A DNA stretch of 64,000 nt from an uncultured candidatus Porisulfidus sp. Its GTDB lineage: Bacteria; Pseudomonadota; Gammaproteobacteria; Poriferisulfidales; Poriferisulfidaceae. A program made the translations under genes and the position numbers. Under the pieces are notes generated by a model, which was not told the DNA's origin, did no database searches, and worked only from the letters and a program-made list of their open reading frames with translations. Location of the stretch: contig OZ241993.1 in assembly GCA_965204575.1 (NCBI GenBank), positions 256,001 to 320,000 of the forward strand. The letters run 5' to 3'. Below, in pieces: positions 27,152 to 35,320 of this stretch. Each line of letters opens with the position of its first letter. Within the stretch, counting starts at the first letter, position 1.

Positions 27152-30100
27152 GTGTCATGGACGAGCGTGCCTGCCTTTCTAGGCTCACCCCCCCCCCCCC
27201 CTTGTAACCCTTTTATAGCCAGCAGCCATTGGCGCGATGGAAAACTTCCCCCATCCGGTTTTCGGGGAGGAAGTCTCACGCTTTTGCGGCCCGGGGGCGG
27301 GAATGTTGTTGCCGCTTTCGCGCTGGCGGTCGTGGCGCTCGGATTCGGCGGCGAGGTGTGGGCAGATGATGAATGCGGCACTACCGCTACAGTGACCTGC
27401 AGTGGAGACTTTGCAAGCGGCATCAGATACAGAAATCAGAACGAGCTGACTTTAACGGTCGGTGCTACTAGCGGGTCAGACACGATCACGGCGCCATCAA
27501 ATGGCGCTGGCATCCGGGTGGAGTCGGGCAACAGCCACAGCGGGGACCTTTCCGTCACGGTGCGCCCTCAGGCCACGATCGTTCAAAACTCCGCGGGGAA
27601 TGGCAGGGACGGCATTACTGTCTTTCAGCGCGGCACGGGCGGCGCCCGCGTCGAGGTCCACGAAGGCGTGCAGCTGGGCACTGCCGGGACGCGCCTGACG
27701 GACCATGGCATCCTTGTCGGGGGAATGGGCAGCAGCAACGATGCGCAACTGACCATCATCAGCAACGGCAGCATCTTTGTCGATGGAAGGACCGACTCCA
27801 GCCGCCTCGACAGCCGGAACAGGCCCACCCCCCGGTTTGGGGCGGGCATCAATGCGGACCGAAATGGTGCGGGCGGCATTGAAATTATCCACGGAGGAGC
27901 GATCGATTCGCAATGGTACGGGATCCGCAACTGGCACAACGGCGCGGGCGGCACCGTGATTACGAACAGCGGCAGCATCGTGTCCGGGTTCCGGGGGATT
28001 GAAGCCCGCAACGCCGGCACGGGCGATATCAAGATCACCAACACCGGCAGCATCGAGTCCGGGAACTGGGCCATTTTCGCCCGGAAGGACGGCACGGGCG
28101 GCGGCATCGACATCGAGTCGAGCGGGAACATCACGACCACGGAAGCGGGCATTCACGGCATCTATGCGGAGGTGCGCGCGGCGACGGCCGACCCGGTCAC
28201 GGTCACGGTGCAGGACGGCACGATCCAGTCGACGGGATCCGGCGTGGCCGTCAACAGCATCACCGGCCTGGGGGCGGTGACCGTCAGCCTGACCGGGGGG
28301 GCCATCGGCACCAGCAGCAGCCGGGTTGGAGGAAACGGCATCTTCGCCCGGATCGGAAGCGCAGACAACGAGGAGTTGCTGAAGGTCAGCAGCCAGGGAA
28401 CGATCTTTTCCACCGGCACCGGCATCAATGTCTCCCGAAACGGCGCGGGCAATGCCGAGATCGTCCACGAGGGCCAAGTCGATTCGCTGGGCCGGGGCAT
28501 TGAGAACCATCACGGGGGAACCGGCGCGTTGTCCGTCGAGACCCGCCGCGACAGCACGATCTCTTCCTCTCTCGAGGGCATTTACGCCCAGCACACCGGC
28601 ACGGGCGACATCCGGGTGACCCACGCAGGCGAAATCAATTCGAAGGACGGCGGAATCCGCAATGGGATCCACGTCCGGCAGTTCGGCACGGGCGCGGTCG
28701 AGATCACGCACGAAGGCCGCATCAATTCGACGGGCCAGGGCATTTTCGCCCGCCGCGACGGCTCCGCCGCGCAAGGCGGAATCACGATCAACTCGCGGGG
28801 AGACATCACGGCCAGAGGCTGGCGCCGGGCGGGCATCCAGGCGCAGAACTGGGGCCCGAAAGCGAACGGGGACATTACCATCAATCACGAGGGGGGCACC
28901 ATCGAGAGCCATAACGGCATCGTCATCAGCTACTCGCGGTCCGGCAGCTCCACCTCGGCCGTCGAGCCGGCGGCGGACTACGCGCCCGAGGGCACGACCC
29001 CCGACAGGCTGGTCGTCAACCTGACCGGCGGCCAGATCATCGCCCGAAGCGCGGAATACGACCCCAGCATCGACCGGGCCAGCAGTGAGCATCAGGTTGG
29101 CTGGAAGACCAACGCCCTGGTTTCCAGCGGATTCGAAGGCCCGAAAGGCGTCACGGTCGGCACCTTCGACGCCCAGCGGGTCGGCGAGTACATCGCGGCG
29201 GGCGACAGGGACTCGACGGACATCACGGACGAAGTCCGGACGCAGTTCCGGGCGGTGCTGGAAGCGGCGAGACTCTTCGAGGGCAGTCCGGGCAGCGAAC
29301 TTGCATTTGGCAACCTGCTCGACCCCCGCAACCTGGTGAGGTCATCCTTTTCCGACGACCTCCCCGAGGATTTCGCGACCGATGCCGCCCTGGACGCCTA
29401 CCTGGAGGCCAACGACAGGGAACTGCTGTCGCGGTTCCTGGAATACACGCTGTCGTCGAAGGAGGCGGCGGTGATCGAGGCACTGTTCACGGGAGGGGAC
29501 GTGGACGTCGCCCTCGCCGCGCTGCCGGCCAGCTACACGGAGGCGTACAAGAACCGGGTGCGGTGGTTTGCGGAAAGCCACAACGAGGCGGACATCGAGA
29601 TCAATGTGGGAGAGGGCTACCGCATCGTCTCCGGGGGGGACGGAATCCGGGCAGGCCACCGGGCGGTGCATGACAACTCCGGCGCGATCGCCGTGACGGT
29701 GCGCAAAGGCGCCTCCGTGACCGCCGAGCGTTACGGCATCCGGGTCGCGAACGCCGGCCTCGCCGGTCGCGACACGCCGGACCAGGCCGACGACATCCTG
29801 GATCAGACGGTTACGGTGGAGGGCGAGGTGCGAAGCACGGGCGCCGACGGCGTGGGCGTTTACATGGAGGGCGGTGGACGGCTGGTGGTCGGCCCGGCCG
29901 GGCGGATCGTCGCCGCTTCCGGAGTCGCGGTGCAGGCGGTCAAGGATCCGATGCATGAAGACGCCGCCGAGCCCCGGCTGACCGTATCCCTGAATCTCAA
30001 CGGGCGGCAGCTGTCGAACGTCCTGGGGGGCAAGGTCGAGAATCCCGAGGGTACGACCAAGTTCATGATCGATGGAGAGCTGTTGTACGACAGCAGGACC

Positions 30101-31039
30101 GGACAGACCGGACGGGCCGGCGTGGGCGGGGCGTGGGACATAACGGCACGGGGGTTGGATCTCATCGAGATGCCGGCGCCGCGCGGGATGCTGTACGAGA
30201 CGTTGCCGGGGCTGCTGCTGCGCATCGACGGCGGCGCGCCGGCGCCCCGCCCGGACGACCCGGCCTGGGCGCAGGTGGAGGTCGGCACGGGGAAGGGCGA
30301 ACCGAAACGCTCCCGCCTGGGCACGGACTACGATTACGAGCGCATCGAGGCGACGGCGGGCATCAGCCGCGAACTGGGCGAGGACATGGACGGCTCGCTG
30401 TGGCTGCGCCGGGTGCAGGCCGAGGCCGAGGTGGACGCGCAGGCGGGCTCGGGCGAGCTGGACTTGCGCGGCGTGGGCGCCGGGGCGGCGCTGCGCTGGC
30501 GCGGCGCGGACGGCTGGGAGGTGTCCGGGCGGGTGTCCTACACGGACTACGACGTGGACGCCTCGTCGTGGCGCGGGCGCTTGGTGCGGGACGTCGGCGC
30601 GGAGGCGCTGTCGATGGAGCTGGAGGCGGGCTGGCGCGAGGAGCGGGACGGCGGCGTGGTGCTGCGGCCGCGGGCATGGGTGCGGCACTCGCGCGCGGAG
30701 ATGGACGGCTTCACGGACGCGCTGGGAGTGCGGGCGTCGTTTCCGGACGAGTCGCGCACGAGCGGCGGGCTGGGGCTGCGGGTCGAGCGGGCGGAGCCGG
30801 AATTGCTGCTGTACGGCACGGTGGATGTGGAACAGATCATCGGCGGCGACGAGACGGTGGCGGAGGTGTCGGGGGACCGCCTGGAGGCGGAGGCGGAGCG
30901 CACGCAGGTGTGGGCGGGCTTCGGCGGGGAGCGCCGCGGGGGACGGCTGACGCGGCGCGGCGGGCTGCGCCTGGGGGGAGACCTGGACGGACACAACTGG
31001 GAGCTGGCGGCCTCGCTGTCGCTAAGCGGACAGTTCTAG
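27152..31039 (+). CDS. Autotransporter (type Va) with beta-helical passenger
   Basis: GGAGGA 8 nt before GTG 27152; hydrophobic signal segment; repeated GIxA...GxGxIxIxHxGxIxS units; C-terminal beta-barrel ending LSLSGQF. Confidence 0.85.
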   Translation: MSWTSVPAFLGSPPPPPCNPFIASSHWRDGKLPPSGFRGGSLTLLRPGGGNVVAAFALAVVALGFGGEVWADDECGTTATVTCSGDFASGIRYRNQNELTLTVGATSGSDTITAPSNGAGIRVESGNSHSGDLSVTVRPQATIVQNSAGNGRDGITVFQRGTGGARVEVHEGVQLGTAGTRLTDHGILVGGMGSSNDAQLTIISNGSIFVDGRTDSSRLDSRNRPTPRFGAGINADRNGAGGIEIIHGGAIDSQWYGIRNWHNGAGGTVITNSGSIVSGFRGIEARNAGTGDIKITNTGSIESGNWAIFARKDGTGGGIDIESSGNITTTEAGIHGIYAEVRAATADPVTVTVQDGTIQSTGSGVAVNSITGLGAVTVSLTGGAIGTSSSRVGGNGIFARIGSADNEELLKVSSQGTIFSTGTGINVSRNGAGNAEIVHEGQVDSLGRGIENHHGGTGALSVETRRDSTISSSLEGIYAQHTGTGDIRVTHAGEINSKDGGIRNGIHVRQFGTGAVEITHEGRINSTGQGIFARRDGSAAQGGITINSRGDITARGWRRAGIQAQNWGPKANGDITINHEGGTIESHNGIVISYSRSGSSTSAVEPAADYAPEGTTPDRLVVNLTGGQIIARSAEYDPSIDRASSEHQVGWKTNALVSSGFEGPKGVTVGTFDAQRVGEYIAAGDRDSTDITDEVRTQFRAVLEAARLFEGSPGSELAFGNLLDPRNLVRSSFSDDLPEDFATDAALDAYLEANDRELLSRFLEYTLSSKEAAVIEALFTGGDVDVALAALPASYTEAYKNRVRWFAESHNEADIEINVGEGYRIVSGGDGIRAGHRAVHDNSGAIAVTVRKGASVTAERYGIRVANAGLAGRDTPDQADDILDQTVTVEGEVRSTGADGVGVYMEGGGRLVVGPAGRIVAASGVAVQAVKDPMHEDAAEPRLTVSLNLNGRQLSNVLGGKVENPEGTTKFMIDGELLYDSRTGQTGRAGVGGAWDITARGLDLIEMPAPRGMLYETLPGLLLRIDGGAPAPRPDDPAWAQVEVGTGKGEPKRSRLGTDYDYERIEATAGISRELGEDMDGSLWLRRVQAEAEVDAQAGSGELDLRGVGAGAALRWRGADGWEVSGRVSYTDYDVDASSWRGRLVRDVGAEALSMELEAGWREERDGGVVLRPRAWVRHSRAEMDGFTDALGVRASFPDESRTSGGLGLRVERAEPELLLYGTVDVEQIIGGDETVAEVSGDRLEAEAERTQVWAGFGGERRGGRLTRRGGLRLGGDLDGHNWELAASLSLSGQF
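27188..27201 (+). repeat. Poly-C14 tract in the 5' coding region of the autotransporter
   Basis: Run of 14 C, currently in frame. Confidence 0.9.
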
Positions 31040-31073
31040 GCGCAGGGGCGAAATCGCTTCCGGAACCGCCTAG

Positions 31074-31300
31074 GTCACGCTACATACGCTTCTACTGACC
31101 GCGGCGAATATGTCGCCGTTGATCGTCCAGTTGGACATACCTGACAGCCGGGAGGTTGGCTAGGGATTACTGCTCTCTCAAGACGAGGACGGAAAGAGGC
31201 CAGCAACCGACTTGCCATGCCGGCCTTCACCGATTCGATCATCCGCCTGATGGGACTGTTCACGCTGCTGCTTCTGGATCGGTACCTGGGATTGTTCCAA
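31074..31300 (+). pseudogene. Degenerate duplicate of the cyoE 3' end
   Basis: 31074-31133 is 45/60 identical to 26598-26657; 31192-31300 is 97/109 identical to 26729-26837. Confidence 0.88.
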
Positions 31301-31386
31301 GTGCCCGAAAGACTGGAGTTTTTCGCTCCGGTACAGCTTCTGAATCGACTTGCACGCATTGAGGGAAAAACCCTTCTTGCCTTCCT

Positions 31387-31428
31387 TTAGACGAGGATAT
31401 TCGCATCAACGAAAGCTGGTACGGTCAT
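31387..31428 (-). pseudogene. N-terminal fragment of a PIN (VapC) toxin
   Basis: MTVPAFVDANILV* (FVDxNILVY PIN start), overlapping the antitoxin 3' end. Confidence 0.7.
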
Positions 31429-31648
31429 GCAGTTCTTCCCGTGTCGGTTTTCGCCCATCCACCCATTTAAATTTTCGCGGTTTCCTTGTTAGTAAATCTC
31501 TCATGGCTATGTCGCATTCATCTTCCTGACGCCTGATTCCCTCCAGCAAGTCTACGAGCCATTTTGAGACGCTGCGACCGTCCTCGGCGGCTCGAATCTT
31601 CAACCATCGGGCGACATCTTCCGGCAGTGTCACGGTGATCTTCTCCAC
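31406..31648 (-). CDS. RHH/CopG antitoxin (its toxin is truncated)
   Basis: KITVTLPEDVARWLKIRAAEDGRSVSKWL...PTREELHDR. Confidence 0.75.
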   Translation of the reverse strand: MEKITVTLPEDVARWLKIRAAEDGRSVSKWLVDLLEGIRRQEDECDIAMRDLLTRKPRKFKWVDGRKPTREELHDRTSFR

Positions 31649-31793
31649 AATGCTTCTATTATGTGAAGGTGGGAATTTTACGCAAATACGCGCCTCGCCA
31701 GGGTCGAGGCTTTTGAGGGGATGAGTCCCCCTGAATCCCTGAAAACTAAACAGGATTGACGAATCGTAAAAGTGATATTATGATGGCGGCATC

Positions 31794-32054
31794 ATGATGT
31801 TGCGCACACAAATATCACTTGACTCGGAAATGCATGCTCAAGTGCGCAGGCGCGCAGCAGCGCTCGGGGTTTCGTTTGCCGCGTACATGCGCCAACTGGT
31901 AGAGCAGGACCTGGCCGAGACGCCCCGAAATATTGACCGCTCTATCATCTTCGACCTCGGCACGTCGGAAACATCAGATATCGCGGCCCATAAGGATGAA
32001 ATGCTTGCAGAAGCCACCGCCCCCGGAAAACTCCATGGCCCCGCAATGCCGTGA
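31794..32054 (+). CDS. RHH antitoxin (VapB-like)
   Basis: RTQISLD...RRRAAALGVSFAAYMRQLVEQDL; GTGA overlap with the PIN gene. Confidence 0.8.
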   Translation: MMLRTQISLDSEMHAQVRRRAAALGVSFAAYMRQLVEQDLAETPRNIDRSIIFDLGTSETSDIAAHKDEMLAEATAPGKLHGPAMP

Positions 32055-32464
32055 GCATCTTTGTGGACAGTTCGGCATGGTTTGCCGCTGCCGCCCGCGG
32101 TGACCGGCATAACAGCCGCGCCAAGCAGCTTCTGGCAACAGACGAACCACTTGTCACCAGCGACCATGTGCTGGTTGAAACCTGGCGCCTGATCCACCAT
32201 TTCATCTCAGCGAATGCGGCAGAGGCCTTTTGGAGCGGCCTTCGAAACGGTATCGCGATTGTTGAACAGACGACCAGCGCCGACCTCGAGGCCGCGTGGG
32301 CAATTGGAGAGCATTTCCCTGATCAGAATTTCTCCCTTGTAGACCGCACTTCCTTTGCACTTATGGAACGACTTGGTATCACGTGCGTCATTGCATTCGA
32401 TGATGATTTTTCGATCTTCAGGTACGGTCGCGGGCGTAAAACCGCATTCGAGGTATTAAGGTAA
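32051..32464 (+). CDS. vapC: PIN-domain toxin VapC
   Basis: IFVDSSAW, VLVETW, FSLVDRTSF, AFDDDF. Confidence 0.88.
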   Translation: MSIFVDSSAWFAAAARGDRHNSRAKQLLATDEPLVTSDHVLVETWRLIHHFISANAAEAFWSGLRNGIAIVEQTTSADLEAAWAIGEHFPDQNFSLVDRTSFALMERLGITCVIAFDDDFSIFRYGRGRKTAFEVLR

Positions 32465-32514
32465 GACCTAGGGCTTTATAGGATATACTGTGGCATATCA
32501 CACGGGAGGAGATT

Positions 32515-32754
32515 ATGCGTACCGCGAAGATTTTCAAAAACGGCCGCAGCCAAGCCGTCCGAATTCCCAAGGATTACGCTTTCGAGGGCGTAACCGAATT
32601 GTCTGTGCGTAAGATTGGAGAAAAGCTGGTCCTGGAGCCTGCGAGGAAATCCTGGCTGACGCTGAATGACGACAGTGAACCGGTGGGCGATGATTTCCTG
32701 GCTGACCGCCCGGATATTTTCGCTATCGAAGAAGACCGGGTGAAATTCAAATGA
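32515..32754 (+). CDS. vapB: AbrB-type VapB antitoxin
   Basis: AKIFKNGRSQAVRIPKDYAF. Confidence 0.9.
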   Translation: MRTAKIFKNGRSQAVRIPKDYAFEGVTELSVRKIGEKLVLEPARKSWLTLNDDSEPVGDDFLADRPDIFAIEEDRVKFK

Positions 32755-33164
32755 TGTATATGCTGGATACCGACACCTGCAGCTACATCATGCGCCAGCA
32801 CTCGCAATCGGTCGCAGAGACCCTGGAAGACAAAGCGAACCAGGGTCACCGTTTCTGCATCTCTGTCATCACCTACCAAGAGTTGAGGTTCGGCGCCGAA
32901 TGCGTCGGTTCTTCGAAATACCACGCCCGGATTGATCAAGTCTGCAGGCGGCTGGACTCTGTGGCGGATTGGACGGTTGAGTGCGCAGACCAATTTGCCG
33001 TCATACAGGCATCATTGATGGCCAAAGGCGAATCGATCGGATTCGCTGATGCGATGGTTGCTTCTCATGCCTTGGTGCTTGATTCGATACTGGTCACCAA
33101 CAACCAACGTCATTTTTCCCGAGTGGAAGAGTTGCAACTGGAAAACTGGATTAGCCGCCATTAG
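32751..33164 (+). CDS. vapC: PIN-domain toxin VapC
   Basis: YMLDTDTCSYI, ELRFG, DAMVASHA, LVTNNQRHFSRV. Confidence 0.9.
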   Translation: MMYMLDTDTCSYIMRQHSQSVAETLEDKANQGHRFCISVITYQELRFGAECVGSSKYHARIDQVCRRLDSVADWTVECADQFAVIQASLMAKGESIGFADAMVASHALVLDSILVTNNQRHFSRVEELQLENWISRH

Positions 33165-33230
33165 ATTGCAACACAAGTGATGATTCCAGCACACCCAAAG
33201 TATAATTTGGGGTAGCCTCTCTTTTGAAAC

Positions 33231-33776
33231 ATGGCAAAACTTGAAGTCCTCCACTTCCCGGATCCGCGCCTGCGCACGGTGGCCGAGCCTGTTGCACAAG
33301 TGACGGATAAGACCCGGGAAATCGTCTCCGACATGCTGGAGACCATGTACGACGAATTCGGAATCGGCTTGGCGGCCGTGCAGGTCAACATTCCCCAACG
33401 CATCGTGGTGATCGATATGAGCGAGGATGGAAGCGAGCCGATGTGCTTGATTAACCCGGAGATAATCGAGGCCGAAGGCACCGAAGAGATGGAAGAGGGT
33501 TGTTTGTCTGTCCCGGAGTTCCGGGCACTGGTGCAGCGCGCCGAGAGAATCCGCTGCCGCGCCCTGAACGAGAACGGCGAAGAATTCGAAATCGAGACCG
33601 ACGGCCTTCTTGCGGTCTGCATCCAGCACGAAATCGACCACCTAAACGGAAAACTGTTCGTCGATTACCTCTCGCCGCTCAAGCGCGAACGCGTCGCTGA
33701 AAAACTGCGCAAAATGGCACGCGCCGGAGAGATCCCGAAACGGACCCGGCGGCCGGAGTCCTACGTTCACGCCTGA
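33231..33776 (+). CDS. def: Peptide deformylase
   Basis: [21 protein letters not shown]. Confidence 0.97.
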   Translation: MAKLEVLHFPDPRLRTVAEPVAQVTDKTREIVSDMLETMYDEFGIGLAAVQVNIPQRIVVIDMSEDGSEPMCLINPEIIEAEGTEEMEEGCLSVPEFRALVQRAERIRCRALNENGEEFEIETDGLLAVCIQHEIDHLNGKLFVDYLSPLKRERVAEKLRKMARAGEIPKRTRRPESYVHA

Positions 33777-34719
33777 TTCCCCTGCTGCTGCACCCCTGCG
33801 GCTGATTTTCGCCGGCAGCGGATCGTTCGCCGCCATCGCACTTGAACGCTTGCAAGCCAGCGGCCACACCCTCTGCGCGGTACTGTCGCAGCCGGACCGG
33901 CCAGCGGGCCGACGCCTGCAGTTGCGCCCCACTCCCGTCTCGGAAATCGCCCTGGCTTCGCACCTGCCGCTGCTGCGGCCGGACTCATTGGACTCTTCGG
34001 TACGCGATGAACTGGCATTGCACCGTGCCGATGCCCTGGTGGTGGCGGATTTCGGGCGGCTGATCCCCGAGTCCTGGCTCTGGCTGTGTCCGGGCGGCAG
34101 CCTGAACATCCACGCGTCACTGCTGCCCCGATGGCGCGGAGCGGCCCCGATTGCGCGCGCGATCGAAGCCGGCGATCCCGCTGGCGGCTGTACGCTCATG
34201 CTCATGGATGCGGGTCTGGACACCGGCGACATCCTGGCCCAGGAATCTTTTTCTTTCGCTCCCGACGAAACCGCAGCCTCGGCCCAGGACCGGCTGGCCC
34301 CGTTGGGTACCGAGCTGCTGCTGCGGTACTTGTCCGATTTCGACCCAAAACACCCATCACGACAGCCGCAGGACGAGACACGAGCCTGCTACGCACCGGC
34401 GCTGCGCAAGGACGAAGCTCCCATCGGCTGGCACGACCCGGCCGACCGGATCGCCGCCAAGATCCGCGCCTTCAATCCCCGTCCGGTTGCCACCACGCGG
34501 TGCGGTGACGAAACCCTGCGCCTGTGGCAAGCCCAGGCCCATGCAATGCAAACCGCCGAACCGGCAGGCAAGGTGCTGCGTTGTGACCGGACCGGCCTGT
34601 GGGTTGCATGCGGCGAAGGGCAAGTGCAGGTCGCCGAACTGCAGCGGGCCGGGGGTCGGAGAATGTCCGCGCAGGACTTCTGCAATGCCCGCCCCCTGGC
34701 CGGCTCGCAACTTGCATGA
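33763..34719 (+). CDS. fmt: Methionyl-tRNA formyltransferase (start uncertain and non-canonical: ACG 33763 or CTG 33796)
   Basis: [46 protein letters not shown]. Confidence 0.9.
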   Translation, partial: TFTPDSPAAAPLRLIFAGSGSFAAIALERLQASGHTLCAVLSQPDRPAGRRLQLRPTPVSEIALASHLPLLRPDSLDSSVRDELALHRADALVVADFGRLIPESWLWLCPGGSLNIHASLLPRWRGAAPIARAIEAGDPAGGCTLMLMDAGLDTGDILAQESFSFAPDETAASAQDRLAPLGTELLLRYLSDFDPKHPSRQPQDETRACYAPALRKDEAPIGWHDPADRIAAKIRAFNPRPVATTRCGDETLRLWQAQAHAMQTAEPAGKVLRCDRTGLWVACGEGQVQVAELQRAGGRRMSAQDFCNARPLAGSQLA

Positions 34720-34768
34720 CAGAATCCCACAGTTAAACTACTGGAAGTTTAGACCTCGAGAAATCCCC

Positions 34769-35320
34769 ATGCGCGCATTCTGGCTCTCGCTGCCGCTGTT
34801 CGGCATGCTGCTGTGCATCAGCCCGGCCCAGGCAGAGCTGACCCTGATCTCCGCCAAAAGCCATCAGTCTGCGCAAACCGTGCTGCTGGACCTCGAGGTG
34901 AAAATCGACGATGCCGACTCCGAAATCCCGCGCGCGCTTCTGCGCGGCGAAGTCTGGCTGGAGGTCGAGATCACCCTGATGCAGAAACGCCGCCTGCTCG
35001 GCCACCAGCCGGTCGGCCGCCTCCACCTCCTCCAACGCCTCTCGTACGATCCTCTGCACAACGTCTACCATGTCACCCGCGTCAATCAGCAGGAGGAGCA
35101 GGCATTCACGAGTCTGGCCGAAGCCCTGGCCCGGCTTCGGGTGCTGGATGCCATCCCGGTCACGCGTCTCGACTGGCTTCTGCCGGAACTTGAGCAGTAC
35201 CAGGGCGAAGTGCGCGCGCGTCTCTATGCCAACCCGATGCCGATGGCGCCTTCGGTCGGGCTGGCACGAAGCGAGCCCTTGGACTGGCAAAGCGGAACGG
35301 TTCCATGGCTCCTGCCCTGA
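34769..35320 (+). CDS. DUF4390-like exported protein
   Basis: Signal peptide; RLSYDPLHNVYHV...FTSLAEAL; conserved position before ntrY. Confidence 0.75.
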   Translation: MRAFWLSLPLFGMLLCISPAQAELTLISAKSHQSAQTVLLDLEVKIDDADSEIPRALLRGEVWLEVEITLMQKRRLLGHQPVGRLHLLQRLSYDPLHNVYHVTRVNQQEEQAFTSLAEALARLRVLDAIPVTRLDWLLPELEQYQGEVRARLYANPMPMAPSVGLARSEPLDWQSGTVPWLLP

